A DNA stretch of 64,000 nucleotides from an uncultured Chloroflexia bacterium (GCA_963751345.1 CAVVUS010000010.1:32001-96000), one strand, 5' to 3'; counted from the first letter of the stretch, positions 20,874 to 31,267 are shown. Notes: generated by a model not told the origin, from the sequence alone. Numbers and translations: made by a program.

Positions 20874-21764
20874 ATGGAAGAAGTTGTACCCGGTCTTTTT
20901 GTAGAGTCCTCGTATGCCCCATATAATCTGGTGCTGATTCGGACCGCGCGGGGTGGCATCATGGTGGACATGCCGCCCAATCCTATGCAAGCGATGAGTT
21001 GGATCGAGCAGGCCCGCGCGATCCTTGGCGATCTGCGATATGTCGTGATGACCGATGCTCAGCGCGAGCGTCAACTGGCGACCATGCTCTGCGATGTCCC
21101 GATTGTGGCCGCCGAAGCGACCCTGCGACTGATGGATGTCTATGATGAGGAGCGACCGAGGCGAGATCTCCTCGACGACCTTGCCGGCCGTTTTCCTGAT
21201 GGGGTGGAGGCCTTCGACAATCTGCGGCCCCACAAGCCGGCCTTTGCCTTCGAAGATGCGTTCACCCTCTATTCCGGGGATCGCGTGCTCCAATTCCAGG
21301 TCGTGGATGGGGCCGCAAGGGGTAGCCTGTTGCTTCTCCTGGAGAACGAGGGTGTCCTGATTGCCGGCGATACCGTCGTGGCTGATGATGTGCCACTTAT
21401 GGCCGAAACGCTCGACTCGAAGGCGTGGCTCAATACGATGACCTCGCTGGCGCATCGACAGGACGTGCACACAGTGATTCCGGGGCGCGGGACATCGACG
21501 ATTACGCTCGGGGATCTGGAGCCACAGCGGGAGTTTATGCGCGTGATGCGACGGGCTGCCCGGACCTTGGCCCATAGGGGTGGACCGTCGCTTAGCCTTA
21601 CACAAACCGCCCAGGAGTTGGGGCAGACCTTCTTCAACCGGCAGGGCCAGAAGGCAGTCAAGAAGATCAGGGCCGGTTTGGAGAACCTGATCGCCGAGAT
21701 CGAAGCCGCCAGGGCAGCCGAGGAAGCAGCGTCGGTGGAAGAGGAATCTGGGGCGCAGCAGTAG
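20874..21764 (+). CDS. Metallo-beta-lactamase-fold protein with degenerate metal motif
   Basis: Fold cues (N..LI....G..MVD.P, VLIAGD.V, VIPGRG) but HxHxDH replaced by DAQRER. Confidence 0.55.
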   Translation: MEEVVPGLFVESSYAPYNLVLIRTARGGIMVDMPPNPMQAMSWIEQARAILGDLRYVVMTDAQRERQLATMLCDVPIVAAEATLRLMDVYDEERPRRDLLDDLAGRFPDGVEAFDNLRPHKPAFAFEDAFTLYSGDRVLQFQVVDGAARGSLLLLLENEGVLIAGDTVVADDVPLMAETLDSKAWLNTMTSLAHRQDVHTVIPGRGTSTITLGDLEPQREFMRVMRRAARTLAHRGGPSLSLTQTAQELGQTFFNRQGQKAVKKIRAGLENLIAEIEAARAAEEAASVEEESGAQQ

Positions 21765-21769
21765 CCCGC

Positions 21770-22248
21770 TTACCTCAGGTACGTCAATAAGTGCGACAGC
21801 GCCGCAGTCGCGGCGCTGTCGTTGTTCTCCTGTCGGTCACCCGTAAAGTGATGCCGCCATGCCCAGCACTCGCCTGGGACGGCCAGCCCGATGTAATAGA
21901 GCCCCAAGGGCTTGTGAATCGTGGCGCCTGTTGGGCCGGCGATTCCCGTGATGCTCATCGCGACTTCGGTGCCTGCAGCCTGGCAGGCCCCGCGGGCCAT
22001 CTCCAGGGCCACCTGTGCGCTGACGGCGCCCCAACGGCCGAGACTCTCCTCCCGAACGCCCAGGAGACCCACCTTGACCTCGTTGGCATAGGCGATGACG
22101 CCGCCCTGGAAATATGCCGAGCTACCCGGCTCTGACGTGATCAGGTGCCCAAGCAGCCCGCCGGTTGCAGACTCCGCCACAGCGAGTCGCCACCTACGTG
22201 CCAGCAGGCGTGGATGCGATTTGCTTGACGAGCATCCGGTCCTCTCAT
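21770..22248 (-). CDS. CinA C-terminal domain / NMN deamidase (PncC-like); start uncertain, probable indel ~22210
   Basis: LAVAES.TGG, PGSS.YF.GG.IAY.N..K, GAVS..VA..MA, SITGIAGP.G. Confidence 0.85.
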
Positions 22249-22251
22249 TCT

Positions 22252-23217
22252 CTAGGCAGATAGCTGATTGCGCACCATCGTGACAAGCGAGTTGGCTCGC
22301 AGCGAGGCCAGGTTGTAGCACGTACCGCCCAGATGATCGGCCAGAGCCTGGGCCAAACCCTTGTCATAGTCCACGCTCTCCATGTTGATGACGATCGACC
22401 TGATCTTCTCTTCCTGGATCTGTTCGGCGATGTGATAGGCCTCAACCTGGGGGGGCAGGTCGCCCATCGAGACGTTGCCTGCTCCATCTGTCAGAATGAC
22501 GAGGAGCGGAACGAGTTCGGGGTAGTGGCGAATCTCCTTGTCAATCGTATGGTGAGCCAACCACAGACCCGCCGCAAGTGGGGTCTTCCCGCCGACCGGC
22601 AGGTTCGTGAGCATCCGCTTCGCGAGATCGACGCTGTTGGTGGGCGGCAGCACGAGCGTGGCGCGGTCCTTCTGAAAGACGACCATCCCCACGCGGTCCC
22701 GACGTTGGTAAGCGTCCGTGAGCAGCGACAGGATCGCTCCCTTGGTTGCCTCCATTCGCTCGGAGACTGCCATCGACCACGACGCATCGACGATGAAGAT
22801 GATCAGATTCGCTGAGCGGCGCACCCGGACTTTCTTCTGATAGTCACCGGGGCGAAGCAAGAGTGCACGTTCCTCCGGGTCGTCGCACGCGCGGGCGATT
22901 TGGAAGGGGGCTGCGGCTCGCAAGGTGGCGTCAAACGCCAAATCCGACGCATCGCTCGGAGAGGATTCGAAGCCAGAATACCTGCCGCGCTTCCGTGTCG
23001 TACGGGTGCGGCTGCGCCGCCCGCCCGTGGAACGCACCATGCGATCCTGCGGGGTCTCGAACCTGCGTGGCTGAAAGATCTCACCAGGGTCGATAAACTT
23101 GCCGCCTTCCCACCACTTGCCATCGGTGGGCCATTCGGGGACGTCTTGCTCGAAGGGTTCCGGTTGAGCCGAGTCTGAGGCCTGCGCCTCTGCGTCACTC
23201 GGCTCAACCTCTAGGCT
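22252..23217 (-). CDS. Chelatase D-subunit linker + VWA domain, in the -1 frame of the upstream ChlI-like ORF
   Basis: Frame open from the A8 run to TAG 22252; DATLRAAAP, VDASWSM (MIDAS), GGKTPLA, LTDG..N. Confidence 0.85.
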   Translation of the reverse strand, partial: SLEVEPSDAEAQASDSAQPEPFEQDVPEWPTDGKWWEGGKFIDPGEIFQPRRFETPQDRMVRSTGGRRSRTRTTRKRGRYSGFESSPSDASDLAFDATLRAAAPFQIARACDDPEERALLLRPGDYQKKVRVRRSANLIIFIVDASWSMAVSERMEATKGAILSLLTDAYQRRDRVGMVVFQKDRATLVLPPTNSVDLAKRMLTNLPVGGKTPLAAGLWLAHHTIDKEIRHYPELVPLLVILTDGAGNVSMGDLPPQVEAYHIAEQIQEEKIRSIVINMESVDYDKGLAQALADHLGGTCYNLASLRANSLVTMVRNQLSA

Positions 23218-23238
23218 TTTTTTTCTCGGCCCTCCCCT
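23162..23238 (-). promoter_or_regulatory. Putative -1 programmed frameshift signal
   Basis: AGGGGAGG (23238-23231), A8 run (23224-23217), 7-nt spacer containing TAG, 13-bp stem 23209-23197/23174-23162. Confidence 0.75.
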
Positions 23239-24332
23239 GAGACATCTCCCTCATAGGTCGTTTCCCGGTTTTTGGGCTGGGATTCCTCTGCGCGTTCCCT
23301 GGAAGCAGCGACCATCTTGTCCAGTTGCTCGATCGAGGTCTGCACTTCGTCGAAGGGTCTCCGTTTGAGCCGGTGCGGTAGGGCCAGCTCTGCGGCCAGA
23401 AGGATATCCCTGTCTGTGACGTAACGGCGGTCTTCCCATGCTGCGTGTGCGACTGCGGTCTTGAGAATGACGAGATCGCCCCGATGACCGTCCACCCCGA
23501 GGCCCGCCATCATCTCGGCAATGGTGGCCATGTCGGCCCGCGTGTAGCGTACCTCAGGAAGAAGATGCCGGGCCACCTCTATGCGTTCAGCGAGTGAGGC
23601 TTCCTGTGGGGCCCATTCCTCGTAGAAGGCCTGTCCGTACTGCTCATAGGTCAGATTTCTCTCCATGATCGCCATACGAGCGCGTGCATCGTGAACCCCC
23701 GTCACGTCCACACACAGGGCGAAGCGATCGAGGAGTTGTGGCCGCAGGTCGCCCTCTTCCGGATTCATCGTTCCGACGAGGATGAAGCGCGCCGGGTGCT
23801 GGAAGGAGATTCCCTCCCGCTCGACATTGTTCACACCCATCGCGGCAGCGTCCAACAGAACGTCCACGATATGGTCATCCAAGAGGTTTACCTCGTCGAC
23901 GTAGAGAATGCCGCGATTCGCCGCTGCGAGGACACCCGGTTCGAAACGCCGCTCGCCTTTTTGGATAGCTCGTTCGATGTCCAGCGTGCCGACAACCCGA
24001 TCCTCGGTCGCGCCGATCGGCAGTTCGACAAACGGGACCTGTCTCGTCGCCGCCGGGAGGGTTTCGCCTTGCTGAACTCGGGTCCGGCAGTTCGTGCACC
24101 AGGTGGCTGGTTGATCGGGATCGCAGTTGAACGCGCCATCCGCCACGACCTTGATCTCGGGCAGCAGAGCTGCGAGACCACGGGCAGCCGTAGACTTCGC
24201 TGTGCCGCGCTCACCTCGGATCAGCACGCCGCCGATACGGAAGTTGATCGCATTGAGGATGAGCGCGCGCTTCATCCTCTCCTGATTGACAATTGCTGTG
24301 AAGGGAAAGACTAATCGTTCGTGGTCGGCCAC
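23211..24332 (-). CDS. Chelatase ATPase subunit I-like (ChlI/BchI AAA+)
   Basis: FPFTAIV.Q..MK.AL, GERGTAKST, ATEDRVVG.LD, LYVDEVNLL, NPEEG.LRPQLLDRF. Confidence 0.92.
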   Translation of the reverse strand: MADHERLVFPFTAIVNQERMKRALILNAINFRIGGVLIRGERGTAKSTAARGLAALLPEIKVVADGAFNCDPDQPATWCTNCRTRVQQGETLPAATRQVPFVELPIGATEDRVVGTLDIERAIQKGERRFEPGVLAAANRGILYVDEVNLLDDHIVDVLLDAAAMGVNNVEREGISFQHPARFILVGTMNPEEGDLRPQLLDRFALCVDVTGVHDARARMAIMERNLTYEQYGQAFYEEWAPQEASLAERIEVARHLLPEVRYTRADMATIAEMMAGLGVDGHRGDLVILKTAVAHAAWEDRRYVTDRDILLAAELALPHRLKRRPFDEVQTSIEQLDKMVAASRERAEESQPKNRETTYEGDVSGEGREKKA

Positions 24333-24681
24333 ATATCCTCCTTGCTACGACGCCGAAGCCGACATACTGCGCATCTGAGCTGCGTCAGGCGCGACATGCC
24401 TCGGCCCTGAATGAACCGTCTGTCGGAGTAAGCTGTTATCAGTGCGAGAGGGATGTAGCCATACCGCTGTCTGATGGCTCGGTAGGGGTTCATAAGTATC
24501 TTCTATAGTTCTTTCATAAAGTCCCGGGTAGATTATACCACCTCACCCTCTCTTTCCCACCGTCGGCCCGATTTCGTTCCTTTTTCAGCCTCCCGATTGT
24601 CACTATAATGTGGCTGAGTCCCATCTCATTAGGCAAAGCGTCGGGCACGGGTGCTCGACCGAATGATACGGAGGATCTTCC

Positions 24682-26373
24682 ATGGGTGACGAAAAATACG
24701 CAATTGGCGTGGATTATGGCACGGAGTCCGGGCGTGCCGTCTTGGTGGATGTAGCGGATGGAAGCATTGTTGCTATGGCCGTGCACGCCTATGCCAACGG
24801 CGTGATAGATGAGGTGCTGCCCGGTACCGATATCCACCTGGAGCCCGATTGGGCACTTCAGGATCCCAATGACTATCTGGAGGTGCTCAAGCGGACGATC
24901 CCGGCCGTGCTGGAGGAGAGCGGTGTAGATCCGGCCGACGTGATCGGTCTGGGCGTAGACTTCACCGCCTGCACGGTGGTCGCCACCAAGGCGGATGGCA
25001 CACCGCTTTGTTTCCTGCCCGAGTGGCGAAATCATCCTCATGCCTGGGTCAAGCTATGGAAGCACCACGCCGCGCAACCCGAGGCCAACAAACTCAATGA
25101 GGTCGCCCGCGACCTGCACCAGCCCTGGCTGGCTCGCTACGGCGGCAAGATCAGTTCCGAGTGGTTTTTCCCAAAGGTGTGGCAGACGCTTGACGAAGCC
25201 CCCGAGATCTACGCGGCCGCGGACCGCTTCATTGAGGGTGCCGACTGGATCGTGTGGCAGATGACGGGAACGGAGACGCGTAACAACTGCACGGCGGGCT
25301 ACAAGGCCATCTGGTCAAAGAGCGATGGCTTCCCCTCCAACGCATTCCTCAAGGCGCTCGATCCACGCCTGGAAAATGTGGTGGACGAAAAGATGTCCCG
25401 CGATATCCGGTTCCTGGGGAGCAAAGCCGGCGGTCTGACGGAAACCGTGGCCCAGTGGACCGGCCTCAAGCCGGGCACCGCAGTTGCCGTGGCCAACGTC
25501 GACGCGCACGTCTCTGCGCCTGCGGCGACGGTGACCAAGCCGGGCACGATGGTCATCATTATGGGCACCTCCAATTGCCACTTGATCCTCAGCAAGGAGG
25601 AGCACGCGGTTCCGGGTATGTGCGGTTACGTGGACGGGGGTATCATTCCCGGCTACTTCGGCTATGAGGCCGGCCAATCTTGTGTGGGTGATCATTTCGC
25701 CTGGTTTGTCGAGAACTGTGTGCCCGCGTCCTACCAGCGTGAGGCAGCGGACAAGGCCGTCACGATTCACGAGCTATTGGAGTCCAAGGCGGCGCTTCAA
25801 GAGCCGGGGGAGCATGGTCTTGTGGCCCTCGATTGGTGGAACGGCAACCGCAGTGTGCTGGTCGACGTCGATCTGACCGGCTTGCTGGTGGGGGCGACGT
25901 TGGCGACCAAGCCCGAGGATATCTACCGCGCGCTGATCGAGGCCACTGCCTATGGCACCCGCATGATCGTGGAGACCTTCGAGAAGAGCGGCGTCTCTGT
26001 CGACGAGATCGTTGCCACCGGGGGGCTGCCCGATCGAAACAAGCTGTTGATGCAGATCTACGCTGACGTCACGGGTCGCGAGATCAAGATCGCCGCCGCC
26101 ACCCAGACGCCGGCCCTGGGCTCGGCGATGTTTGGCGCCGTGGCTGCCGGCAAAGCTGCCGGTGGTTACGACACCATCGAGGAGGCCAGCGTCGCGATGT
26201 CGCGCTTGCGCGATGAGGCCTATACGCCGATCCCGGCCCACACCGAGGTCTACAACGAACTCTACGCAGAATACGTTACCCTTCACGACTACTTCGGCCG
26301 TGGTGCCAACGACGTGATGAAACGTCTCAAGGCGCTGCGCCTCGGTTCTCGTCGCGCCGGCCCGCAGGTGTAA
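24682..26373 (+). CDS. araB: Ribulokinase
   Basis: [55 protein letters not shown]. Confidence 0.93.
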   Translation: MGDEKYAIGVDYGTESGRAVLVDVADGSIVAMAVHAYANGVIDEVLPGTDIHLEPDWALQDPNDYLEVLKRTIPAVLEESGVDPADVIGLGVDFTACTVVATKADGTPLCFLPEWRNHPHAWVKLWKHHAAQPEANKLNEVARDLHQPWLARYGGKISSEWFFPKVWQTLDEAPEIYAAADRFIEGADWIVWQMTGTETRNNCTAGYKAIWSKSDGFPSNAFLKALDPRLENVVDEKMSRDIRFLGSKAGGLTETVAQWTGLKPGTAVAVANVDAHVSAPAATVTKPGTMVIIMGTSNCHLILSKEEHAVPGMCGYVDGGIIPGYFGYEAGQSCVGDHFAWFVENCVPASYQREAADKAVTIHELLESKAALQEPGEHGLVALDWWNGNRSVLVDVDLTGLLVGATLATKPEDIYRALIEATAYGTRMIVETFEKSGVSVDEIVATGGLPDRNKLLMQIYADVTGREIKIAAATQTPALGSAMFGAVAAGKAAGGYDTIEEASVAMSRLRDEAYTPIPAHTEVYNELYAEYVTLHDYFGRGANDVMKRLKALRLGSRRAGPQV

Positions 26374-26380
26374 GAGGTAG

Positions 26381-27025
26381 ATGATGCTGGAGGCCTTACG
26401 CGAAGAACTCTGGACGTTACATCAGGAACTGCCCAAGAACTTGCTGGTGAAGTGGACCGGGGGCAACGTCAGCGCCCGGGACCCGGAGACGGGCTACGTG
26501 GTGATCAAGCCCTCTGGCCTGCGCTATGAGTCGCTTCGCCCCGAGGATATGGTCGTCCTGGATGTCGATGGGACGCCGATCGAAGGTGAGTTGAAACCGT
26601 CGTCGGACGTGGCGAGCCACCTCTACATCTACCGTCACCGATCTGACGTCGGCGGGATCGTCCACACGCATTCGCCCTATGCCACGGCCTTCGCAGCGGT
26701 GGGCAGACCCATCCCCGTTGTCCTGACGGCGATGGCGGATGAGTTCGGTGGCCCGATACCGTGTGGTGGGTTCGCCCTGATCGGCAGCGAGGCGATCGGC
26801 AAGGTGGTGCTGGAGTCGATCGGCACGTCGTGCGCGGTGTTGTTGAAGAACCACGGTGTCTTCACCATCGGCGCAGACGCCGAGGCTGCCGTGAAGGCTG
26901 CGGTCATGACCGAGGATGTCGCCAAGACCGTCTGGCTGGCGCTCCAGATCGGTCAGCCGGAGGAGATCCCGGCCGAGGATGTCGCCAAGCTGCACGACCG
27001 GTACACGAACGTCTACGGGCAGTGA
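26381..27025 (+). CDS. araD: L-ribulose-5-phosphate 4-epimerase (class II aldolase fold)
   Basis: WT.GNVS, IKPSG, PSSD...H, VHTHS.YAT, NHG, Y..VYGQ; follows araB. Confidence 0.88.
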   Translation: MMLEALREELWTLHQELPKNLLVKWTGGNVSARDPETGYVVIKPSGLRYESLRPEDMVVLDVDGTPIEGELKPSSDVASHLYIYRHRSDVGGIVHTHSPYATAFAAVGRPIPVVLTAMADEFGGPIPCGGFALIGSEAIGKVVLESIGTSCAVLLKNHGVFTIGADAEAAVKAAVMTEDVAKTVWLALQIGQPEEIPAEDVAKLHDRYTNVYGQ

Positions 27026-27031
27026 GGGAAA

Positions 27032-27146
27032 GGGCGACGAGTGACGATTGGCGGGTGACCGGAAGCCGGTGATCTGCGTGAAGCGGTGGTTTGCTCCTTG
27101 CTGATCACTCTTCTTCCGATCAATTGTCACCTGTCACTCGTCGCCC
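27032..27146. repeat. Inverted heptamer arrays with a perfect 14-bp inverted repeat
   Basis: gggcgacgagtgac (27032-27045) / gtcactcgtcgccc (27133-27146); ~GTGACGA units left, ~TCGTCAC units right. Confidence 0.75.
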
Positions 27147-27185
27147 GTCACGTCTCCACGCCAGCTTCTCACATTTGGAGCCACT

Positions 27186-29227
27186 ATGTCCGATCTTCGC
27201 GTCGAAATGCTCGTCATACCCGCAGCCGATCTCGGACCGGAGAATCCGCTGCCGCCGCTCAACGCCGGTCGAGACCTGCATGCGATCGACGAACCCGATT
27301 CCGGGCATCCCGGCGGACATGCTGCAGAACATGGCGTATGGCCGCGTCCCCAACATCCTGCCCTACACGCATGCAGGATAGCTACACCCGGACGCGTGGT
27401 GCGCGTGAGTTCCGTGTGGCGGTCCTGGAGAACGAAATCCTGCGCGCGACGTTTCTTCTGGAGTACGGTGGGCGTCTATGGTCGTTGTTTCACAAGCCTG
27501 CCGGACGCGAGTTGCTGGACAGAAATCCGGTCTTTCAGCCCGCGAACCTGGCGCTGCGCAACGCGTGGTTTAGCGGCGGTGTCGAGTGGAATATCGGCAC
27601 CACCGGGCATTGTCCGTTCACATGTTCGCCGCTCTTCGCCGCGCGCGTCGAGGGCCCGGAGGGGCTCCCTATCCTCCGCCTCTATGAATGGGAACGCCTC
27701 CGCCAGGTCCCTTTCCAGATCGATGCGTACCTTCCTGATGGTTCACCCGTCCTCTTCATCAGCGTTCGCATCGTGAACCCCCACGCTGCGACGGTGCCGA
27801 TGTATTGGTGGTCCAACATCGCCGTCCCCGAGACGCCGGAGACCCGCGTTCTTGTACCTGCTGCGTCGGCCTACAGCTTCGGCTATGGTGGTCGTGGGTT
27901 GGCCCGCGTGCCCGTCCCCGACGTGGACGGTGTGGATGTCAGCTATCCCACGAACATCGGGCGGGCGGCCGATTTCTTCTTTCACATCGATGACGGCCAG
28001 AGGCCGTGGATTACGGCACTCGATGCCGGGGGCCGAGGGCTTATCCAGGCCTCCACCCCGCGGTTGAGGGGCCGCAAGCTGTTCCTCTGGGGCACGGGCG
28101 AGGGTGGACGGCGTTGGCAGACGTTCCTCGCGGAGCCGGGGCACGCCTATATCGAGATACAGGCGGGTCTGGCTCGGACCCAGTTGGAGCACCTGCCGAT
28201 GCCCGCCCGGGCCGAATGGACCTGGGTCGAGGCCTACGGATTGATGGAGGCCGATCCCGAGGTGGTGCACGGACCCGACTGGACGCAGGCTGTGGCAGAG
28301 GTGGGGGCCCGGCTCGAGACGTTGGTCACGATGCCGAAACTGGAGGCCGAGTTGGCCAGGTGCCGCCAATGGCGCGACGCACCGCCCACGGACCTGCTCC
28401 AACGGGGATCTGGTTGGGGAGCCCTGGAACGTCTACGACGCCAGGCCGCCGGCGAGCCCCCCTTCTCAGGTCCGGGCCTTGTCTTTGATGACGCCTCTCT
28501 CACCGATGCCCAGACGCCTTGGCTCGAGCTGCTGCAGAGTGGAACCTTCCCGGATGCCGATCCCACCGCCGAGCCTCTGGGCTACATCATCCGGGAGTCC
28601 TGGCGTGAGATGCTGGAAAAAGCTCTCCGGACGGGCGGCGACAACTGGCTGGCGTGGCTGCATCTTGGCGTCATGGCCTACGCCGCCTCCGAGCCCGAGC
28701 GGGCGCCAGCAGCCTGGCGGGCACAGGAAGCGTGGCGACGTTCGATGTCTGCGAGGCGCAACCCGTGGGCTGCCCGAAACCTTGCTCTCACGGCGTGGGA
28801 AGAGCACCGGTTCGATGATGCGACGCAGCTCTACGTGCAGGCAATGGAGATGGCACCTTCACTGCTACCGCTGGCGATCGAGTGTGGGCAGCGGCTGATT
28901 GCGATGGGCCGGTCCTCGACCTGGCTGGAGCTACTGCCAAACCTTCCCGCCTCGGTCAGGGCGGCGGGACGCATGCGTCTCCTGGAGGGTCAGGCGGCCC
29001 TGAACGTTGGAGACCTGGCTCGTGTCGCGCCGCTTTTCGACGGGGGCCTCGTTGTAGAAGATCTGCGGGAGGGCGAGCGGTCGCTCTCTGACCTCTGGTT
29101 CGACTACCACATGCAGCGGCTAAGCCGGCTCGAAGGGATTCCCATAGACGAGGTGTTGAAGGCCCGGGTTTGGCGCGAGTACCCCCTTCCCTCCTTCCTC
29201 GACTTCCGCATGTCGCCCGCGTCCTGA
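27186..29227 (+). CDS. DUF5107-like protein with C-terminal helical/TPR-like region; indels ~27295-27375
   Basis: LG.ENPLP, LENE.LRA.F....GGR..SL, NPVFQPANLALRNAWFSGG.EWN, GRKLF.WG, YIEIQAG. Confidence 0.7.
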
Positions 29228-29310
29228 CGGAGCGTCAAGCTCCGGGGTCTCGGCCTGCAGCGGATGCGTCTGTGCCGGCGTGAGAAGGGACGCCATATGT
29301 GCCCTCCCTC

Positions 29311-30681
29311 CTATGGGCTCTGATACACCGTCCCCGCTCTCGCCTCCAGATCGATCGCGACCAGGTAGGGTGGTGCTGACCCCGCGGTGATTTCGATCAG
29401 CAGTTTGCTGCGACTTCCCTGGAGAGACAATATCGCGGGCTGGGCTGCTGCGTCGGGCCACCCCACGGAGTTCCAAAGGCTTTGCTCGCACCATACTTTG
29501 CCGATGGCCTGTGTAGGAACCATATATCCCGCCGGCGGGATGATGGGAGCACATGCGTCCATCCTATCCGGCATCGTCTCCGTCCATGTGTCTTCGTAAG
29601 CCCTGGCCTCTGCCCGGTACGTGGTCGGGTCCCTGCCGTCGAGCACGTAGATCGTCTTTGTGTTGCTGCGCACGACAACGAGGCCTCGGAAGCGAACGCG
29701 AGGGTCGGAACCGTCGATATCCTGCCAGTAGAACTGGACGAGGCCCGATTCCGTCGAGATGGGGCCCGTGACACATGGAAGGCCGATCCCCAGCGTGTTG
29801 GCTTGATAGACCAGAGGACCGAATCGAGGATCGATGTCTTGGCACGGTGCATTCAAGTCCGGGCTGGGAGTTGGTAAGGGTGTCGCAGCAGGTGTCGGCG
29901 TTACTGGAGCGGTAGGACTTGCGGCGGGAGGGGGCACCTCGGTCGGTGTCGACATCGGTGTCTCCGTCGGTGCGGGTGTCGCGGTGATCGTTGGGCTGGG
30001 AGTCGGGGGCACCGCGACGAGGGTCGCGGGCGGCGCAGCGTCCATGCTCACGATCACCTCGAGGTAGACCACGGCGCCAAAAAGATGCCCGCCGGCCATT
30101 TGTAGTCGCCAAAAACTCGCGTATTTGCCCGGGCGTGTAGGAGCCTCCAAATCGACGACAATGTCGACTTCGCCGCCCGGATCCGCCGGTGACACGGGGA
30201 CTTTGCTGGGTCCGGGAATCGTGTCACCGGAGATGTGAACCAGCTCTGTCCCCTCCGGCCAAGTACAGCTACCCGTGTTGCGTATTCTCCAGGTCTTGTG
30301 GAAGGGCGTGCTGGGAGGGATCGCGGCGCCGTCCGGCAAACCCAGATCTGCCACGAAACCGGCGTCGATCTCACCCGACGGACCTTCGCACACGGGGTAG
30401 TCCACCGCAGGGACCGTGTCCACCGGCGGCAGCGGCGTGTCCGATGGCGATGGTGTGGCGGTCGGCGTGACGTCACTTATTTCGTCAGGCAGCGGGGTCG
30501 CCGTAGGATTCCCGATGGATGGGGTCAGCGTGGCGGCTACGTCAGGTTCGGTGGCTGTTGGGGAGACCTCGTGCGTAAGCGCCGTGGGCGATGCGGTGCA
30601 TCCGCAAAGGGCCAGCACAATCAGCACCCACCATAGCCACCAACGATTCCTGGGCCGTGGGGTATGTATGTCTGTCTCCAT
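29311..30681 (-). CDS. Pro/Thr-rich lipoprotein with NBR1 Ig-like domain
   Basis: Lipobox LCGC; FVAD...PDG......F.KTWRIRNTGSCTW...PG.Y...W. Confidence 0.75.
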   Translation of the reverse strand: METDIHTPRPRNRWWLWWVLIVLALCGCTASPTALTHEVSPTATEPDVAATLTPSIGNPTATPLPDEISDVTPTATPSPSDTPLPPVDTVPAVDYPVCEGPSGEIDAGFVADLGLPDGAAIPPSTPFHKTWRIRNTGSCTWPEGTELVHISGDTIPGPSKVPVSPADPGGEVDIVVDLEAPTRPGKYASFWRLQMAGGHLFGAVVYLEVIVSMDAAPPATLVAVPPTPSPTITATPAPTETPMSTPTEVPPPAASPTAPVTPTPAATPLPTPSPDLNAPCQDIDPRFGPLVYQANTLGIGLPCVTGPISTESGLVQFYWQDIDGSDPRVRFRGLVVVRSNTKTIYVLDGRDPTTYRAEARAYEDTWTETMPDRMDACAPIIPPAGYMVPTQAIGKVWCEQSLWNSVGWPDAAAQPAILSLQGSRSKLLIEITAGSAPPYLVAIDLEARAGTVYQSP

Positions 30682-30755
30682 AAAGAAGCTCTTGGACAGG
30701 TGCGACGGCATCAAGAGGACTTCATCCTTTAGTATACTCGCACCATGACCGTTGT

Positions 30756-30928
30756 CTAACCGCTGCTTGGCCAGGGCAATCGCACAGGACCTGCCGGGAA
30801 GCTGCATAGCGCCCTTCAGCGACTCTTTTTCCCGGGGTCGCAAGCGGTCCTACATCGTAATGCGCTTCGTCAGCTTCCCGGACAGGTTCTCGCACATCCA
30901 AATGCGATAGCCCTAACCGCTGCTTGGC
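30756..30928. mobile_element. Candidate MITE: 141-bp fold-back element between 16-bp direct repeats
   Basis: ctaaccgctgcttggc at 30756-30771 and 30913-30928; terminal IR agggcaatcgca/tgcgatagccct; internal IR 30789-30804/30871-30887. Confidence 0.65.
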
Positions 30929-31163
30929 GCAAGGTGCAGGTCATTCCAGGAGCTAACTGGCCGTCCCAGGTGCCGGGCACCTAAGCCACGTGGTCCCCAG
31001 GCTAGAAGGCGCCGTGTGGGTGTCGAGCGGGCCCGACGCTTTGGCTAGAGGTAGCCAGGTGAATCGCACATTTGTTGCTGCTGTTGGGAGGAATTGCGGG
31101 AATTCGGATTCCGCCGGACCGGTGCTGCTGCGGAGGCACAGAGTGTACCGGATTGTAGGGCTT

Positions 31164-31218
31164 CACCCGTCCGAGGGGCGTACCCCGTCCGATGGGCGTC
31201 CCCGGCCGAGGGGCGCTC
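31164..31218 (+). repeat. ~18-bp tandem repeat x3, related to the 8522 array
   Basis: cccgtccgaggggcgtac cccgtccgatgggcgtc cccggccgaggggcgctc. Confidence 0.75.
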
Positions 31219-31247
31219 ACGCCTCCACGGATCCACCAACGTCAGAC

Positions 31248-31267
31248 GGGGACGCCGAAGCGCCCCC
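31248..31267 (-). terminator. GC hairpin with UUCG loop downstream of sigma/anti-sigma pair
   Basis: GGGGGCGC-TTCG-GCGTCCCC on minus strand; weak U tract. Confidence 0.45.

Noticed and set aside
24335-24530. Cobalamin riboswitch in the chelatase leader
   Set aside because: The leader is long with some pairing, but I could not find the B12-box or other conserved cobalamin motifs.
30754-30930. 6S RNA or integron attC site
   Set aside because: The rod fold is suggestive, but exact flanking 16-bp direct repeats fit an insertion better. GTCTAAC has no correctly placed GTTRRRY partner and there is no IntI. An Rfam scan would settle 6S.
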